64,000 bases of DNA, taken from positions 8,619,875 through 8,683,874 of the forward strand of contig OZ316891.1 in assembly GCA_973895155.1 (NCBI GenBank). Reading direction: 5' to 3'. A program made the position numbers and the translations under genes. Of the stretch, positions 1-14,269 are shown piece after piece. Source of the DNA: Marsupella aquatica. Its lineage: Eukaryota > Plantae > Marchantiophyta. The notes under the pieces were generated by a model, which was not told the origin of the DNA, did not search any database, and saw nothing but the letters and a program-made list of their open reading frames with translations. How positions within the stretch are numbered: position 1 is the stretch's first letter; each line of letters starts with the position of its first letter.

Positions 1-1245
1 AACATTTCGGCCAATGAAAACAACTGGTTTGAGACACCCTAATGAAACCCTCTTCTATTTGGGCTTTGCTGCTTGCTTCCCAAGAAAGGACTTAACTAGG
101 CCCTTCGGACAGTCGGTTGTCACAAGAGCCAGCGTAGAAGTGGTGAAGAGCCAGCGTAGAAGAGCCCAATTCTACACTGGCTCTTCGCAATTTCGGACTT
201 GACAAGGCCATTCGGACAGTCGGTCGTCACAAATCCAGAAAACACAGTAACCTTGTATGAGTCATCATCGGGTCCTCCGTTACACAGGGTGCCATTTCTT
301 CACTGAAGGCTCCACAAAATCTATAACATGTCTATTTTTGATAAACTCCAATATTTTATTGGATGATGAAATGAATTCTGCTTGAGGTGAATATTCTTGG
401 TGTGGTCTAGTAAGTTCAACCTACCTACTGAAAAAAGTTGGGGATTTTCTGGACATCTCCTAACACTCAACCTCATATCCTCAAAAATCTGCATGTGGGA
501 GTTTTTCTTAAGCCATTTGTTTTGCAAAAGCATAATACTTTTATGGTTCACTTAAAGTCCGATGACTTATTCAAAGAACATCCTAGCTCAGTTTTGGTTT
601 GAACTTTGCTCTAGGTAGCTAGAGAAAATGCACAATTGTAGATTGCAATTTGTAAAATAGAGATTTTTGCGAAGGTGTCCAAAACATCAGAACATTTTTC
701 AGTGGGTCGCTTGTAGACGGCTTTTTAAACTCTGGAAGTTTAAAAATGACATGGATTGTAAGGGGGCTGCGAATAGTATCACTCCCGGTCAAAATGTTCA
801 ATATAAGTAGTGCCGAGAGAGCTGAATCGCAAGAACAATTTGATCTACGAGTCTACGAACAAGGTAAACGCAATGACTGTGCTAGATGTATACTGCGTGC
901 TCAAATTGTTGTGGAATCAGTCCAAAGATAGGAGCGAATGGATTCATGAACATTTGTTGCATAATCATGCATGCATGATACACACAACGAAAGGCCATTA
1001 TACATGGCCATCTTCGAACTTGTATCAGTTAAGACATGTTTGAAGTTCGAGAGGATCCGATTTGGGATGCGCTGCTTACCTGAAGGTCGAGAAATTGCAA
1101 CTGTTTAGTGCATGGCCAAATAGCGAACGCAGAGCTTTCTCTGGGGAGGAAGTATTAGTGTGGTTGGCATAGGTAACATAGGTATGGAAAGATTACCTAT
1201 GTATAGAGAGTTTAGTTTTGATTGCTTAAGGCATAATGTGAGCAT

Positions 1246-4200
1246 TCATGAACTCATTATCTTGATCAAAAATGCATAATCATATGCTGTCTCTCTCAGG
1301 TGCCGAAAGTGGCCTCCATCTCCAAAATGACCTGTATCCATGCTGGTCTTCAACAGAAAAACTTTTGCAGAAGTCTCTTTTGTGCTTTCTCTGAGTTTTG
1401 CAACCCACTTAGCAGCTTCCCAATATCCAACCCTGCCACCCACCCCATCATGGCCTTATAATGTCAATACTATATTCTTGATAATCCAAAGAAGAAATCC
1501 TTCGCCGAAACGTTTTCCCTTATCATTCAAGCTACTTGGGTTGCACATTCGAGTCGAGTCCTCACAACATGCTAGTAAGGAGTGCTCGACCTGTAGTCGA
1601 TGGTAGACCCACCACAGATTAATACCAAAAATGAGGATTTCAGCGAACGTACTGGGGCTAAGTATGTCAATCTATACCAGAACAGAGGGATCAGGTTGTA
1701 AAACTCTTGCTTATACACATACCGTGTGTCCAAAAAGCCACTCTTGACAAGCATTGCAGGATACGGAGTCCCTGTTTGCACGTTGTCATAGGGAGAGTAG
1801 CTGCAGATGTTGGCAAAAGCTTCGGGGTCATCTGGATCACCCCACTCGTCGTACTCATGCACTGACAATGGTAGATGCTTGTCCAAAAGCGTGTTCTTGA
1901 CATCTAAGAAAGGAACCTGAACAAAACCCCCAAACCAATTAGAACCTGTCATCTGCATTATGTACTGTTTACTTTGTTTCGGATTTTGCTAGGGACAGCT
2001 ATGAAATCAAATTTTGATAAATTGAGCTACATGGCATCTCCAATGGGTTCTTTCAATCGGGTTCCTTGAATGAATCAAGGTAATCTTACAGTACCAGATA
2101 GCTTCACAACGGGGTGCTGAAACGAACCTGGAGAATAATGGCTTGGAAAAGTCTTGGCCATAGGTTTACTGCACTTGCAACTAGAAGACCACCCGCACTA
2201 TTGCCCAGAGCACTAAGCTTACGCTTGTGTGCATATTTCTCATCTACCAAAAAGTTGGCACAGGCAAAAAAATCACTGAACGAATTCTTCTTTTGTAGCA
2301 GCTGACCCGATCGATGCCACGACTTGCCTAATTCTCCGCCTCCCCTGTATGCACAGAGTGTTATGGTTAAAAGTTGAAAGAGTCTCCTGTAGATGACCCA
2401 AACGTTGTCAATCAAATCTACAGTCTGATACTTTTATTAGAGTGTGAGATGGAGGAGAGGCACTACTCACCTGACATGCGAAAAGGCAAGAACCCATCCC
2501 CGGTCGAGCAGACTCAGACGCTCACTGCACCAGTCTGCTTCTAGTGCCTTGCCATAAGCCCCATAGCCTATCAGTAGCGCTGGATTTTGTCCATCCCTTT
2601 TCAGTTTACATAAATGAACCACTGTAAGAGGCACGGAGATACCATCAACACCAACTACATTATGTTGCTGGCAGGTGTAATCAGCCGAGAGGTCAAACAA
2701 TTCATTTCTGCTCTCCATGTTGACAATGCTTTCAACCTCATCAAATGAGGACTGCTTCCCAGGCTTGGAGCTCAGATGTGTCAACCACCGCTGTGACTGA
2801 TCTGAAAACGTTTTGATTTTTCTTCTCCGTGAAAGCTGGCTTAGACCTACCACTTCATCTTGCTGAAGAACTTTGGCATTTCCTGAGGCTAAGTTATAAT
2901 CCAGGACTGTCTCTGGCAACTGGATGCACAAGGACCACGCATGTCCATTAGTCCAAAACTTTGGAAGGAGACAAACTACATTCTTTAATCTTTTTCAACA
3001 TGTTCGTCTGATTGAAACACATAACTATCTGCAGCCTCAGCTCCACTGATCCCCGAAGTCTACGGGGGAGACCATAAATGCCCTACAAAACACACTCGCA
3101 CTTTGTTTTATTCAAGGAGCAGCTCTCCATCCATATTAAAGCCTGGGAACGAGGCGCATACAAATATTCAATCAACCTATACTTTCAACTGCAGATTTAA
3201 GAGAACGATAAGAGAAACAGATCATAGAGGAGTAGTCAACAAACATTTGGTGATGACACAGAAATGCGAAGAACTGATGAATGAAAGTCTTCATTAGCAC
3301 CAGGTATGACTGTACAGACCTCCTGAGGAAGTAGTAAGGTCCGAATTCTCAGCTGCAACATGATCAAATCATTAGATAAATGACAAACAGCCGTTTCCAA
3401 TTCCATGACAGCAGCCAACATGCAGAACAAAACGAAGCGCAAGGAAACTATGAGATTCAAATGATAAGTTCCATTCACGTACATCTAGGCAGGAAGTCAT
3501 GGGCAATTGCATGACTTGGATGAGGGGAAGGCTGCCTTGACGTTGGTAGAGCACCAGGTGCTTCTCAAATATTTCCATATCTTCGAGGAAGACTCCATAG
3601 TGTAGACCAACAACTTCCTGTGAAGGAAAACAGAAGATGACATGTTCCACCCCATCAGGTGCCCTTCGAACATATCGTTTTCTTCAATTAACGTTCAATG
3701 TTATGATCAAAAACTCCTTGCTAATGAAACAAGTACGCGGTACACTAGACTGGTGACAATGAGTGCGTAGATTGAAAAGGGTAAGAAAGTACGGTTCCTA
3801 TGGAAAGTAAATGTGAACATAATAAGCACCTGCCAATGATGGGAGCATGACCGCTCATACCGGCACCGAACTAGCTGATAGTTGCCACTGGCTTCTGGAG
3901 GACATGTAGCACTCAACACATCATTGGTCAACACGTAAAGGAACCCTTGATGGTGTTCAACAAAATATTGTACACCCGCTTTTCGCCCCTTCACAAGCTT
4001 CAAACCTTCAGCCGGATCTTCTGCATTGATCAGATAGACCTGGAGATTCAAAATATTTTACAAGGATAGTTACATACAAGTATAACTATTTGAAGAAAAG
4101 CTCTGCCACAGCTCAGTGGATCTCGTCCAAAACCACGTATACGTGAACAAAATTCTCTAACCCCGGTCTGAATTATTCCTTGATCTTATATATGAATGAA

Positions 4201-6055
4201 CAAGACGATGACTGCCGAGCTCTAACGTCTGCCCTCTCAACCTTTCTTCTGTCCCAATCCCCTTCCCTCACCCCCCCCCCCCCCCCGCACCAAACCCAAC
4301 CCTCAAACCTAGAAAGAAGATGGCTGCTTATCCTAGAACGAGAAAGCACGTTGGTACAATACTGCATGCACTGTCCGATAGTTTGCATTGAGCATTGGAC
4401 AGCCCACTTGAAATCAAAACCTCTGAGTGAAATTGGCTTTAAAATTGCATAGAAGACAATTCATAGACTCTCTGAAATGGAAGCAGTGAGCGTCAGAGCT
4501 GACAAAAGAAGATAGTTTTTCGAAGAACAAACCTACCTCAGATGACGTCTTTGAATTAACATTAACAGTAATAAAAGACCAGTCCTTGGTCCTTGAAACA
4601 TCCAAAAAACAACTTGGATCGTTTTCTTCAAAGATAAGTACATCTCCTTCATTGGAATCCAAGCTACGGCAGAAAATTCTGGGATGCCACAATATGCATC
4701 AAACAACTATCACTTTGCGGTCCCATCCTGACTCTCAAATGCTAAGAGATCTTTGTAGAAACTGGTAGAGTGCCCATATGCTCCATCGACAATCCACAAA
4801 AGGTAGAAGACTAGATTCATAGTTTATACCTCGACGGCCGGAGTAATTTGTCTGCTACGGTGTAGAATATTGTACGGCTCTTCCTAGCCCACTCCACACT
4901 TACTACACCTTCCGTTGTCTGCTCAGTCAATATTTGACCAGTTTGTAGATCTTTGATGAAGAGGGAGAATATCTCATTCCCAGCTATGTCCAACGTATAG
5001 GCCAATAGGTTATGATCCTCAGAAAGCCTGCAGGTGCCCAATTGTGCATAACCTGAACCCAGTACAAAGCCACAGAATAAGGGCGGGACCACGGACACAG
5101 TCCTTGCAATGTGTATCACCCTTCAGGCCTTCTACAGTCTCTTGTATCACTCAGTATCCATGTCGCGATGGGGGAATGTGTAGCAATGACAAAAAATCCA
5201 TTTCCAGTACTTCGATGACACAAAAGTAATGAGGAAATTAACAATCTTCATGGAGGAAGCAGTGTAAGAATCATAGATGAGAGTTTCGTGCCAAACTGTT
5301 CAACTAGCAGATTTTGATCAAGCAACACCTCCTCCTTGTCATCTTCCCAGCCGAGAACCGATGCAGTCCATTTTCCCCAGCTCAATTTCTCTGCATCACC
5401 TCTCGCGAGATCCTTCTTTCTACAATAGACAGGATACTCCTTGCCTTCTGGAACTTGCGTGTAGTATAACCTGCCAGAGAAGGATGGAATGAAGCTGATC
5501 TCTTAATCATATTTTGATCAACAAACAACAAAGACATATTCGAACATTTACAAACGAAACTTTCACCTTCCCTGGCGCAGCCACAAATATCATTGATGAG
5601 ACTAACTTGAGAAAACGAGTTAATCAGAGACGTGCATGGGAACGGAATGGCACATTATGGGAGCCGCACCAAGAGCCAATCCGCTCGGGAGGAGACGACA
5701 GTTGCTGCTTCAATCGACCCGCCATCTCCTTCTCTAAAGTTCGCTGCAAGGCCAGCGTATCTGCCATGAACTCATTTGCATACGCATTCTCCCGGTTCAG
5801 GTACTCCACTGCCGCTTCCTGGTCGACGCGCATCCAGTGGTATGGGTCCTGCCACTTCCGCCCATGCTTGCTTCTCTCCACAACGCGCTTAGCAGCCTCC
5901 GGAGGCCGAGAAGGACTACAGTCTGGGTCTACAGATGAAACACTGCTGCAGCTGCGCGTGGACTTCTGCCACGAGATTTGTAACCCAAGTAAGTCATGCA
6001 GCGGATTCACTAATCTGCTGCGTATCATGCCCCTGATGGCGCTCGGCATTGCCAT
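1246..6055 (-). CDS. Oligopeptidase B / protease II-like S9A serine peptidase, about 11 exons, probable organellar targeting peptide
   Basis: Exon ORFs read WQDPYHWMR...YLNRENAY, LAYTLDIAGNE, PALLIGYGAYG, HVRGGGELG, nucleophile GNSAGG, VPFLDV...EYDEWGDP, GFLDTRV (Asp) and TGHFG (His). GT-AG introns separate them. Start ATG at 6055 is inferred; stop is at 1246. Confidence 0.92.
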
Positions 6056-7149
6056 CCCCAAAACTCTCAGGCCAGCATTGGAGTTTTAGCAACGAGAATT
6101 ATAACCTGAAACTCCTGCTGCGGCGGAACCTCATCGCCAGCACAGGAGCTCCCAGGCAACTATGAATTTCTGCCTCAAGAATTGAAATCCTATCAAGTTG
6201 TCGGGCGAATTCTCTATCTTGCTGCGTATTCTACTCCTCAGCGGGCTCGTCATCGCAATCGCGGGAGCCCTTAAGCAAAACAGAGAGGAGGAGCTCTTCT
6301 GCAGGAGATCTTCTGCCACCTCTGCTCAGAGCATGATCAGGGAAGTTAATGTATTGTTGCTACACAACAGATAGGAACCGAGAGGATCACATCGACCAGA
6401 AAAATTCGAGCTGAATCTCAAACGTCCTGTAGTTAGAATTTTATCTGGTACGAGAACAATTTGCTTCCATTACAACACACTTCACCCAGCGATGCTTGAT
6501 TGATGTTGGCCAGAGAGGACCGATGATTGCATCCAGACACGACTATTCCAATTTCGCAGTCCACGGAAGACGAGTTGATGTATTCCAATTCAGTTCTCTT
6601 CAGAATGCTGACAGGGTTTACTCCTTTGTGACCATTTCTCACCTTTAGAGCTCATGGGCGGCTTTAGAAGAGTTCGGCACAACTCTGATTTTTTCCCACC
6701 AAAAGAAAGCATTTCTTGTGCTAAAGATTAACTCCAGGCCAAAAGCCTTTTGTGATTTTGTTTTCACAGAAGAAAACACTTCTTGTGCTAAAGATATATT
6801 CTAGACCACATAGCTTTTGAAATGAAGATTATGACATACAAATTCCTTGAATGAAGGACGATGATTGGATGCTTGGACCTTCTCTGAGCAAGGTGTAAAT
6901 TGCATAACAAGCACTCCACCTTAGCATTTTCTTGGGCCCACAAGTTCTTATGATGCCAGTTTTAACGGTATCCTCATTATAGTATTGAGTTTCATTTTTG
7001 AGATTTAATTTTTAAGTGATAGAAATAAGCAATGGGCCAACTACGCCCGGTTTGAAGTGACGGGCAACTTGCCGAGTTGCCCAACACGTAAACTCGGCAT
7101 TTGCCGAACCAAAATGCCTCTATTTGACGCATATTCCATCTTATTCCCC

Positions 7150-7730
7150 GAACTTTTCGCGGCCCGGCCCAAACTCTTCCCGGCCTTGTCCTGGACGCTA
7201 CCACCCTTCCTGGCAACCAGCCCGGCCCAGCCCAGCCCCTCCCCGGACCCGGACCCGGCCTGCCCCTTCCCGGCCCCGGCCAAACAGCAGCCGGGGGTGG
7301 GAAGGGCCAGGCCGGGTCCGGGGCCGGGCCTGGTCCGGGTGGGAGGAGGGGAGGGGAGAGCCGGGTCCGGGTGGGGGGAGGGGAGGAGGGGAGGGTGAGG
7401 AGGCCCGGGTCCGGGGAGGGGAGGGCCGGGCCGGGCCGGGCCGGGTCCAGGTGGGGGGAGGGGAGGGGAGGGGAGGGGAGGGGAGGGCCGGGCTGGGTCC
7501 GGGTCCGGGTGAGGGGAGGGTGAGGAGGGGAGGCCGGGACCGGGAGCCGGGGGATGTCCGAGCCGGGACCGCAGGCCGGGGGATGTGCTCGGGCCAGGAC
7601 CGGGGACCGGGGCCGGGACGGAGGAAAAAAAAGGGAAACGAGACCGGGTGATGGGGCCGGGAGGTCATGGCCGGGCCGGGCCGGGACCGGGGGAGCGAGA
7701 TCGGGAGAGGCCGGGTGTCGACTTGCCGGT
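7150..7730. repeat. Extremely GC-rich low-complexity tract (CCGG/GGGCC/GGGGA repeats)
   Basis: C-rich block at ~7215-7280 followed by a G-rich block at ~7290-7720 with many GGG(G) runs. ORFs across it are low-complexity P/G/R. Confidence 0.85.
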
Positions 7731-8799
7731 TGACGGTGTCGGGGGAATCTTTAGTTCTTGGGAAGCACCGAGCTCTTGTTTTTCCTATCTTGGAAGAAAC
7801 CTTTCCAAAATACGTCTTTTCTCACCTCACATTACCTTTGCGATCCCCTTTGTCGATCAATTTCTCTCACCGTTATCCTCTAAAATATCTCTCACAGCCT
7901 TTGTCCCACTCTACGATGAGCGGCTTCCTCACACTAAGCCTCGAATCGGCCTATCCTCTTTCCACATAACTTACTTCCCAAGTCAAGTCATAGATTGCAA
8001 TTACCAACGAATCCTACAATTAGATAAGTCAATTATAGAAAACAAAGACTATGATCTTAAGATTTACCATAGATGATATAATCACAGGCTCTGACATCCT
8101 AAGCATAACATTGTATCTTTCATCTCCATACTTTCTAACTAAAACATCTCTACAATCAACCTTCTTACGGCATACCACTCTAATGTCAATAGATGAAGGA
8201 AAATCAGACACATTATTAGGAAGCCTATTCAAATCTAACTCCGATACATTTACGGATTGTCTATTAAAATCCATCTAATATAAAATAAAAATAGTTACAT
8301 TCCATTCATTTCCATAAACAACAATCGGGTATACAAATGGTGCATCGCTATTCATAACTATTTCCATTAACTCAAACCCAAAATGATAAAGAAGATGCAT
8401 TCTCATGGTATGCTTGTTAAGACAATGAATTCTAATTAAGAAAGGATTGACAAATGGCACAGCAGGTGGGGGATAAACTCTAGGTACTCCATTTATCATA
8501 TTATTCATTACAAGCACACTAAATTAATCTCAAGACTAATAAACATAAAACATAAAATAGTTCTAAGGCTAACAATCAAGTTAGTACCCAAGCATGGAGG
8601 TAAATAATAAACAAGACATGTGCACAAGAGGGGAAGAGTTCCTTACAGTGTTGCGAGTCCAACACGATAGATCAAACAAATGCGAATGAGGAGAGTGTGT
8701 GCACAAAGAGTTTTCCAAGAGGCATGGATCGATGCCTTGACCCTTGGATGGAAGCCAAGTGGCAAGCATCAAGCACCTATAAGTGTGCTAGTACTATTC

Positions 8800-9062
8800 A
8801 TAGTTGGTGGAACTACCGTGCGTAGTTGGTGGAATTATTACGCGTAATTGGTGGAATTATTACGCGTAATTGGTGGAACTACTATACGTAATTGGTGCAA
8901 CTACTATGTGTAATTGGTGAAACTACTATACGTAATTGGTGCAACTACTATGCGTAGTTGGTGAAAATACTATGCGTAATTGGTGCAACTACTATGCGTA
9001 GTTGGTGAAATTACTATGCATCTAATTTGTAAAACTACTATGTGTAAATGGTGGAACTACTG
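8800..9062. repeat. 22-bp minisatellite, about 12 units (consensus GTAATTGGTGGAACTACTATGC)
   Basis: Directly visible periodic repeat. Confidence 0.9.
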
Positions 9063-9299
9063 TGTATCATTGTAAAATGTACATACTACATATAGAATGT
9101 AACATATATGCTCTAATAGTACTACTATGAAGCTTTTAAGTAAAACCTTTTTCACATAAACTCAAATAACATAATATGGATTCTTGCCTTCTAAAAGGAA
9201 TCCCCACGACAACGACCTCGGAAGGGTCTATTTGCCGGGCAAGTCCAAACCAGGCAACCATGGTTTGCAAAACCACTCTGTAATAAGTGAGCTACAGTC

Positions 9300-9785
9300 T
9301 GTCGTTCACTAAAATCCTACTGTCATAAAACCCTAGTGTGTTTGGAACTACAACCCAACTCTACTGGGTTGCTAAACCCTGACATCGTTGGAAGGCTTCA
9401 AGGGTTTATTTGTGACCTGGACAATGTGATGCTACCCTACTGTGGTTGGAACTAAACCCTAACTCTGCCTGGGTGCTAACCCTACTGTGGTTTGAAGGGT
9501 TTAGGGTCTTATTTGTGACCTAGACCATATGATTCGACCCTGCTGTCCTGGTCATTAAACCCTACTGTGGTTGGACCTCAAACCCTACTTGCTGGGTGGT
9601 GAAACCCGACTATGGTTGGAAGGCTTCAAGGGTTTAGTCGTGACCTGGGCAATGTGATGGTACCTTACGCGACTGGGTTGTTAAGCTACTGTGGTTCGAA
9701 CTGCAACCCTTTTCTACTGGGTTGTTAAACCCTACTATGGTTGGAAGGCTTCAAGGGTTTAATAGGGACATGGACAATGAGATGC
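9300..9785. repeat. Degenerate tandem repeat rich in AAACCCT / GGTTGGAAGGCTTCAAGGGTTTA motifs
   Basis: TTGGAAGGCTTCAAGGGTTTA occurs at ~9388, ~9615 and ~9741. CCCTACTGTGGTT recurs throughout. Confidence 0.75.
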
Positions 9786-10683
9786 AATTCAACGGCACGG
9801 CAGGTTTATAGTGTTAGAGTGCATTCTTTGTTCATGTTGATGACTGGGGATGCGAAGGCATGATCCCTGCCCAAGGCTGAGAAATTTCATGACCGAGCTG
9901 AGGAGGGCAACGAGCTGGGGACTTGATGGCGGGTGGGCGCTGGTCATCGACCCTGGGTGGCGTCCATCGCTGGTGGAAGTACGATCAGGTAAGCGAATCG
10001 ACCTCCACTCTGTGCAGTAGAAGAGTGAGAATTTTCGACTCTGTCTTTGGAGCTGCGATTTGCTTACGACGGAGAGAAAGAGATTAATTGCGTGCGATGC
10101 TCATTGACCGAATAGAGGCTTAGGCAAACAGAATGAACCACTGAATGAAGCAATTGCTTTGACAATGTGCCTATTGTAGACCCGGTATCTGTTGAGACAC
10201 TACTCCGGTTGAAATTGAGTAACAAACTTACGTTGCGTGTGAACTCTTGGGGGTAAACTGTGTAAGCTTACTAAAGAGAACTGAATTTGATTATATAAAT
10301 TCTTTCTTCCGTGAACTGCGATTGAATTGATTCAAATCTACGAGTCTGGATGCGACACAACCAGCGGTCCTGTCTGGCCAACAGCAATGAAGTGTCGCAG
10401 GGTGAAGTGTGTTGTAATGGAAGCAAGAACCTGTACCGCCATCTTCTTGTAACAGAGAAAAGTCTAACTACGTTTTGGATTCAACTTGAATTTTTCTCTT
10501 CGATTTGACTCTCATTCGTGTTACGATCGGTGCCTATTGGTTTCAATAGAATTAAATGCCCTTCCCGTGGGGATTTATAATTGTAGTGGATGCAAGCTAC
10601 CCAAATTTCCAGTGTTTGATTGCATGTCCCAACTGTTTTTAGAGAGAATGCTGCTGACTTGTGGACTTTGGCTTGATTTTCAG

Positions 10684-13600
10684 TCCAGAAAATGTAGTGT
10701 TGCTACAGGCCTGCTTCTTGGAGCCACGATAGGACTCATGAAGGTGGACAATTTACATGGTATGTGCTCAGTGAGTCTCTCTAAAAGTGGTGCATCGAAT
10801 TCAGAAATGCTTTTTGTTCAGTGTATGTAAACACACCTGTGAGGTGAAATAAGTGGATAGATGGAGATTATTGATCAAGTAAGTAAAAGTTGTAATAGAT
10901 TGAATGAAATTGATTCTAGAGTGTTCTGATCTTCACAGGAGAAGGGAGGAAGGAATCTAATAACTCGACCCTATCCGGTGACCGAGCAAATTGGCGTCAC
11001 GAAACTCACGGGCTGTCCGTTCTCTCTGATAGAGCCTCAGGTAGACTTGATAGTGTCTGATGTATGTACTTGTGCAGGGCTCTCTACTGACACAAAGATC
11101 CGAAGGGGTTCCCCTCTCTCCTTCTTGTGAAATTATAAAAATTCTGGTTAATAGCAAATTCACGGAGTCAGTGTGTTTCACTCTATGAAGAAGTCTGTTC
11201 AGTAAATGTTCATCGTGCACATGTCTAGATGGCTCCTGGGAAAGATAAAGTATCTGAGCTAAAAAATGTCGACCGATGCAGTTTGGCCTACAAATTGTGA
11301 GGATGATGAGGCGAAACGGGACGCCACAATTCCGTCTAGACTGAGAGGATTGCTGGCATCAAAGATATCTGTTGCATACTCAGAAGCATTACCCGTGGAA
11401 CAGCATCAACTTTCCAGTTCTCGATCAAACGAAGAGTACTTTAGTCGACATGCAATTGCCGATGCTTTTGCAAAGGCTTCTCCAGCTGTAGTGAACATCA
11501 CTGTATCGATAGGTAAGACTTTTCAGCTGAAGAATTCTTGTGAACTAGAAGATTCCAATAAAAGAAACGATTGTCTCAACATGGGGTATGTGTGTCTCGC
11601 GCAATCCACTTTGACCAAATTAGCATAACGTGGTGTCATGGAAGTTGTCTTCGTTGGCAGAGTACATGTTACCAATCCTAAAGCTTGACAAGGGAATAAG
11701 TTTTTTGTGTGGCAGAAAAAATGTGGGCTTCTATGTCAAATGATGATGGCCTTTGGAGCTTGATGCTGGTCTTACCTTGAGATTTATCTTAAATTTGAAG
11801 TGCCCAGCTACTTATACAGATGCTCTACCTTAACTGGGGTTGATGTTATCTCTGAGGGGCTGTGTTGTATCTAAGAAAGTTCGAGGTTGAGGTCAATTAG
11901 ATCGGTTACGTTCTTCTCTTGAGTTGATGCCCTTGATTAACCATTACTGGAAAACATTCTTCTGCGATTACAGGATCTTATTTGCTAAACGGTTTTTCTA
12001 AGCTCTAGCCTGTAGTTTCATTGTCTCTGAAGACACGGGTGTATAACCGCAAATGGGTTACAAAATTCACTGATTTGTGACACATTCAGCTCGTGCTCTG
12101 TGATGCCTAGGTGGACGAATGTCTTTTGCACAGACAGCAGGGTCAGGATTTATCATCGATCCAGATGGTACCATATTGACAAATGCCCATGTAGTGGCAG
12201 ACGAAAGTATTGGACCATATAAAGGCAAAGTGAGTTGCTATATCCGTTTATTAGAACGCAGTTGTGTTGCATGGATGTTTTGTCAAGGGGTGTCAGAGTC
12301 TTTGTTCTTCTTAAATCTCTAAGGTTGCAAAATTCAAGAAGATGCATCATGGTCCAGCGATGGTAATTGTCATCCCGTGCTTTTTCCTTGTAGGTCTGAT
12401 GTTGTTTGTTCCTGGCTTTGACACTAGATAGTGGTCACTATGCAAGATGGGCGCAATTTTCCTGGTGAGATCGTTAGCTACGATGTTTTATCAGACATAG
12501 CAGTGATCAAGGTTCACTCGAGTATGCCTTTGCCCACAGTAGAGTTTGGATCTTCCCGGAAACTCAGACCAGGAGAGTGGGTTGTTGCCGTGGGAAGTCC
12601 TCTGCATCTTCAAAACTCAGTCACAGTTGGCATTGTAAGGTATTAAATTTTAGGAGGATTGAGTGAAGATTCTATTCTGTTTACATTTTCCTAGTTCTGC
12701 TGTAACAAGGCTGGTCCAAGTTTTCCTGGCTTGTGTATTGGTCGCCTAAAGGACGCCTCTTTTACACTGGTTCACATCTCCTTTGGCTGGTATTCACCAG
12801 AATTTCGTTGCTTGTGTAGCTGTGTTAATCGGAAGAGCACGGAAATGGGCTTACGAGGAGTTCATGCAGACTACATTCAGACTGATGCTGCAATTAATCA
12901 GGTTGTTTTTCTGGGGTTGTCGCTTAGGATGGGTACGGAGTATGCTCACTGGTCTAAGGAACGTTAACGTCACATTAACGTAGTTTTCGATCAGAACTCT
13001 GGGTTTCAACAAAAGAGTAACCAGAAAGGGCTCATGCATCGGAATTTTTGCATTTCATATTTGGATGATTCAAGTTCTTTAGACATTTGAAGTGCAGACT
13101 AGAGGAGATTGGCAGAGCTGTTAATTTTGCAGGCTGCAAAGAAAATGTTGGTACGCTCGTGCCAATTTGTTGTACCACTGACACGCCAGAGCATTCAGCT
13201 GAATAGCTCTGGTAAATCTGAGCAAGTCAAATGGGTTGTGTGGACGTGCATATCGACTGGACCGTACGGTCGACAGCAGATTGATGGTATACATTACTGG
13301 TATTATTTTAATTGATTTAGATGACGGAATTCGTCCATCCTTACGAAGTGAGGACGTCTAATTTGATGCAGGGAAACTCAGGGGGGCCTTTATTAAATTT
13401 GGATGGTCAAGTGATAGGTATCAATACCATGAAAGCCCTTGCAGCAGATGGTGTTAGTTTTGCTATCCCTATTGACAGCGCTTTAAAAATTATGCAACAA
13501 CTGAAGAAACATGGGTAAGCTTTTACCGTTCTAGTTGACTCTAGGTGAACAACTGTCTTTTGCTCTTTTTACAAATTATGTAGAATGTACTGCAATTGTG

Positions 13601-14269
13601 TGACAGGTTCACTGATTTGTTTGGGGCCGCCTGGGCTGGTGCAGGCGTGTTGTACGACCCTGGCTGGGAATGAAAATGCTTGGGCTGACTGGGGACATAG
13701 TTACCCAACTGAAAGAAAGGGACTCCTCATTTCCTGATGTTAAGACAGGGGTTCTTGTCCCTCAGGTAGACTAAAAAGGAACTGCTTTGTGACAGTTGAG
13801 AATGGATTCAACACCGTTTTCAGTAGAATAGTTCCAATGCATTGGACTGTGCTTTTACCAACTTGGGGACAATCTGGTTTTTATTAAACAAGTCGCATTT
13901 CTGCCTTGACCTTGCCTATGTTTCTCGATGTTCAGGTGATTCCTGGTTCTCCAGCAGAGAGGGCTGGTGTTCTTTCCGGGGATGTCATCGTCGAGTTTGA
14001 TGGACGACCGGTTTCAACTCCTTACCAGGTTTTTATAATTTAACCTTACGTCAATCATCCTCCTTTGTCATTTAAAATAGTAAATGTAGCTTTTCTCTGA
14101 GAAATCTCTCGTTTTCGAAGATCTAATGCAATTGAGGTACGCTCTGATCCAGATTGTCGAAGTGCTAGAGGACAAAGTTGGCGTTCCATTCAAGTTATTG
14201 ATAAAACGTGGAAAAGTAGGTTCGGTTACTCTGTCTGTGGTCACAGAGGAAGCTAGTCCGAACTTGTAG
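10684..14269 (+). CDS. Deg/HtrA serine protease with C-terminal PDZ domain (DEG14-like), multi-exon; 5' start not defined
   Basis: Exons read [27 protein letters not shown] (His), SDIAVIK (Asp), [23 protein letters not shown]|GNSGGPL (Ser), [11 protein letters not shown] and [11 protein letters not shown]...GDVIVEFDG (PDZ). GT-AG junctions are at about 11512/12111, 12229/12429, 12901/13372, 13514/13645, 13765/13936 and 14028/14152. TAG at 14267-14269. Upstream exons are tentative. Confidence 0.9.

Noticed and set aside
100-760. Short direct repeats and a possible foldback element at the window start
   Set aside because: Only 16-22-bp matches were found, and termini could not be defined by eye.
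5514-6089. 191-aa plus-strand ORF and similar antisense ORFs over the IMP, GST and pol regions
   Set aside because: These are antisense shadows of real coding exons.
7041-8076. Several 80-175-aa ORFs rich in P/G/R on both strands
   Set aside because: They are by-products of the stop-poor GC-rich tract and show no domain motifs.
8810-9060. Resemblance between the 22-bp minisatellite (TGGTGCAACTAC) and the 18-bp LTR unit (TGGTACAACTAC)
   Set aside because: The match is short, the periods differ and there is no flanking LTR similarity; it may be chance.
8800-9062. Regular short repeats resembling a CRISPR array
   Set aside because: Units are contiguous with no unique spacers, and the context is eukaryotic; this is a minisatellite.
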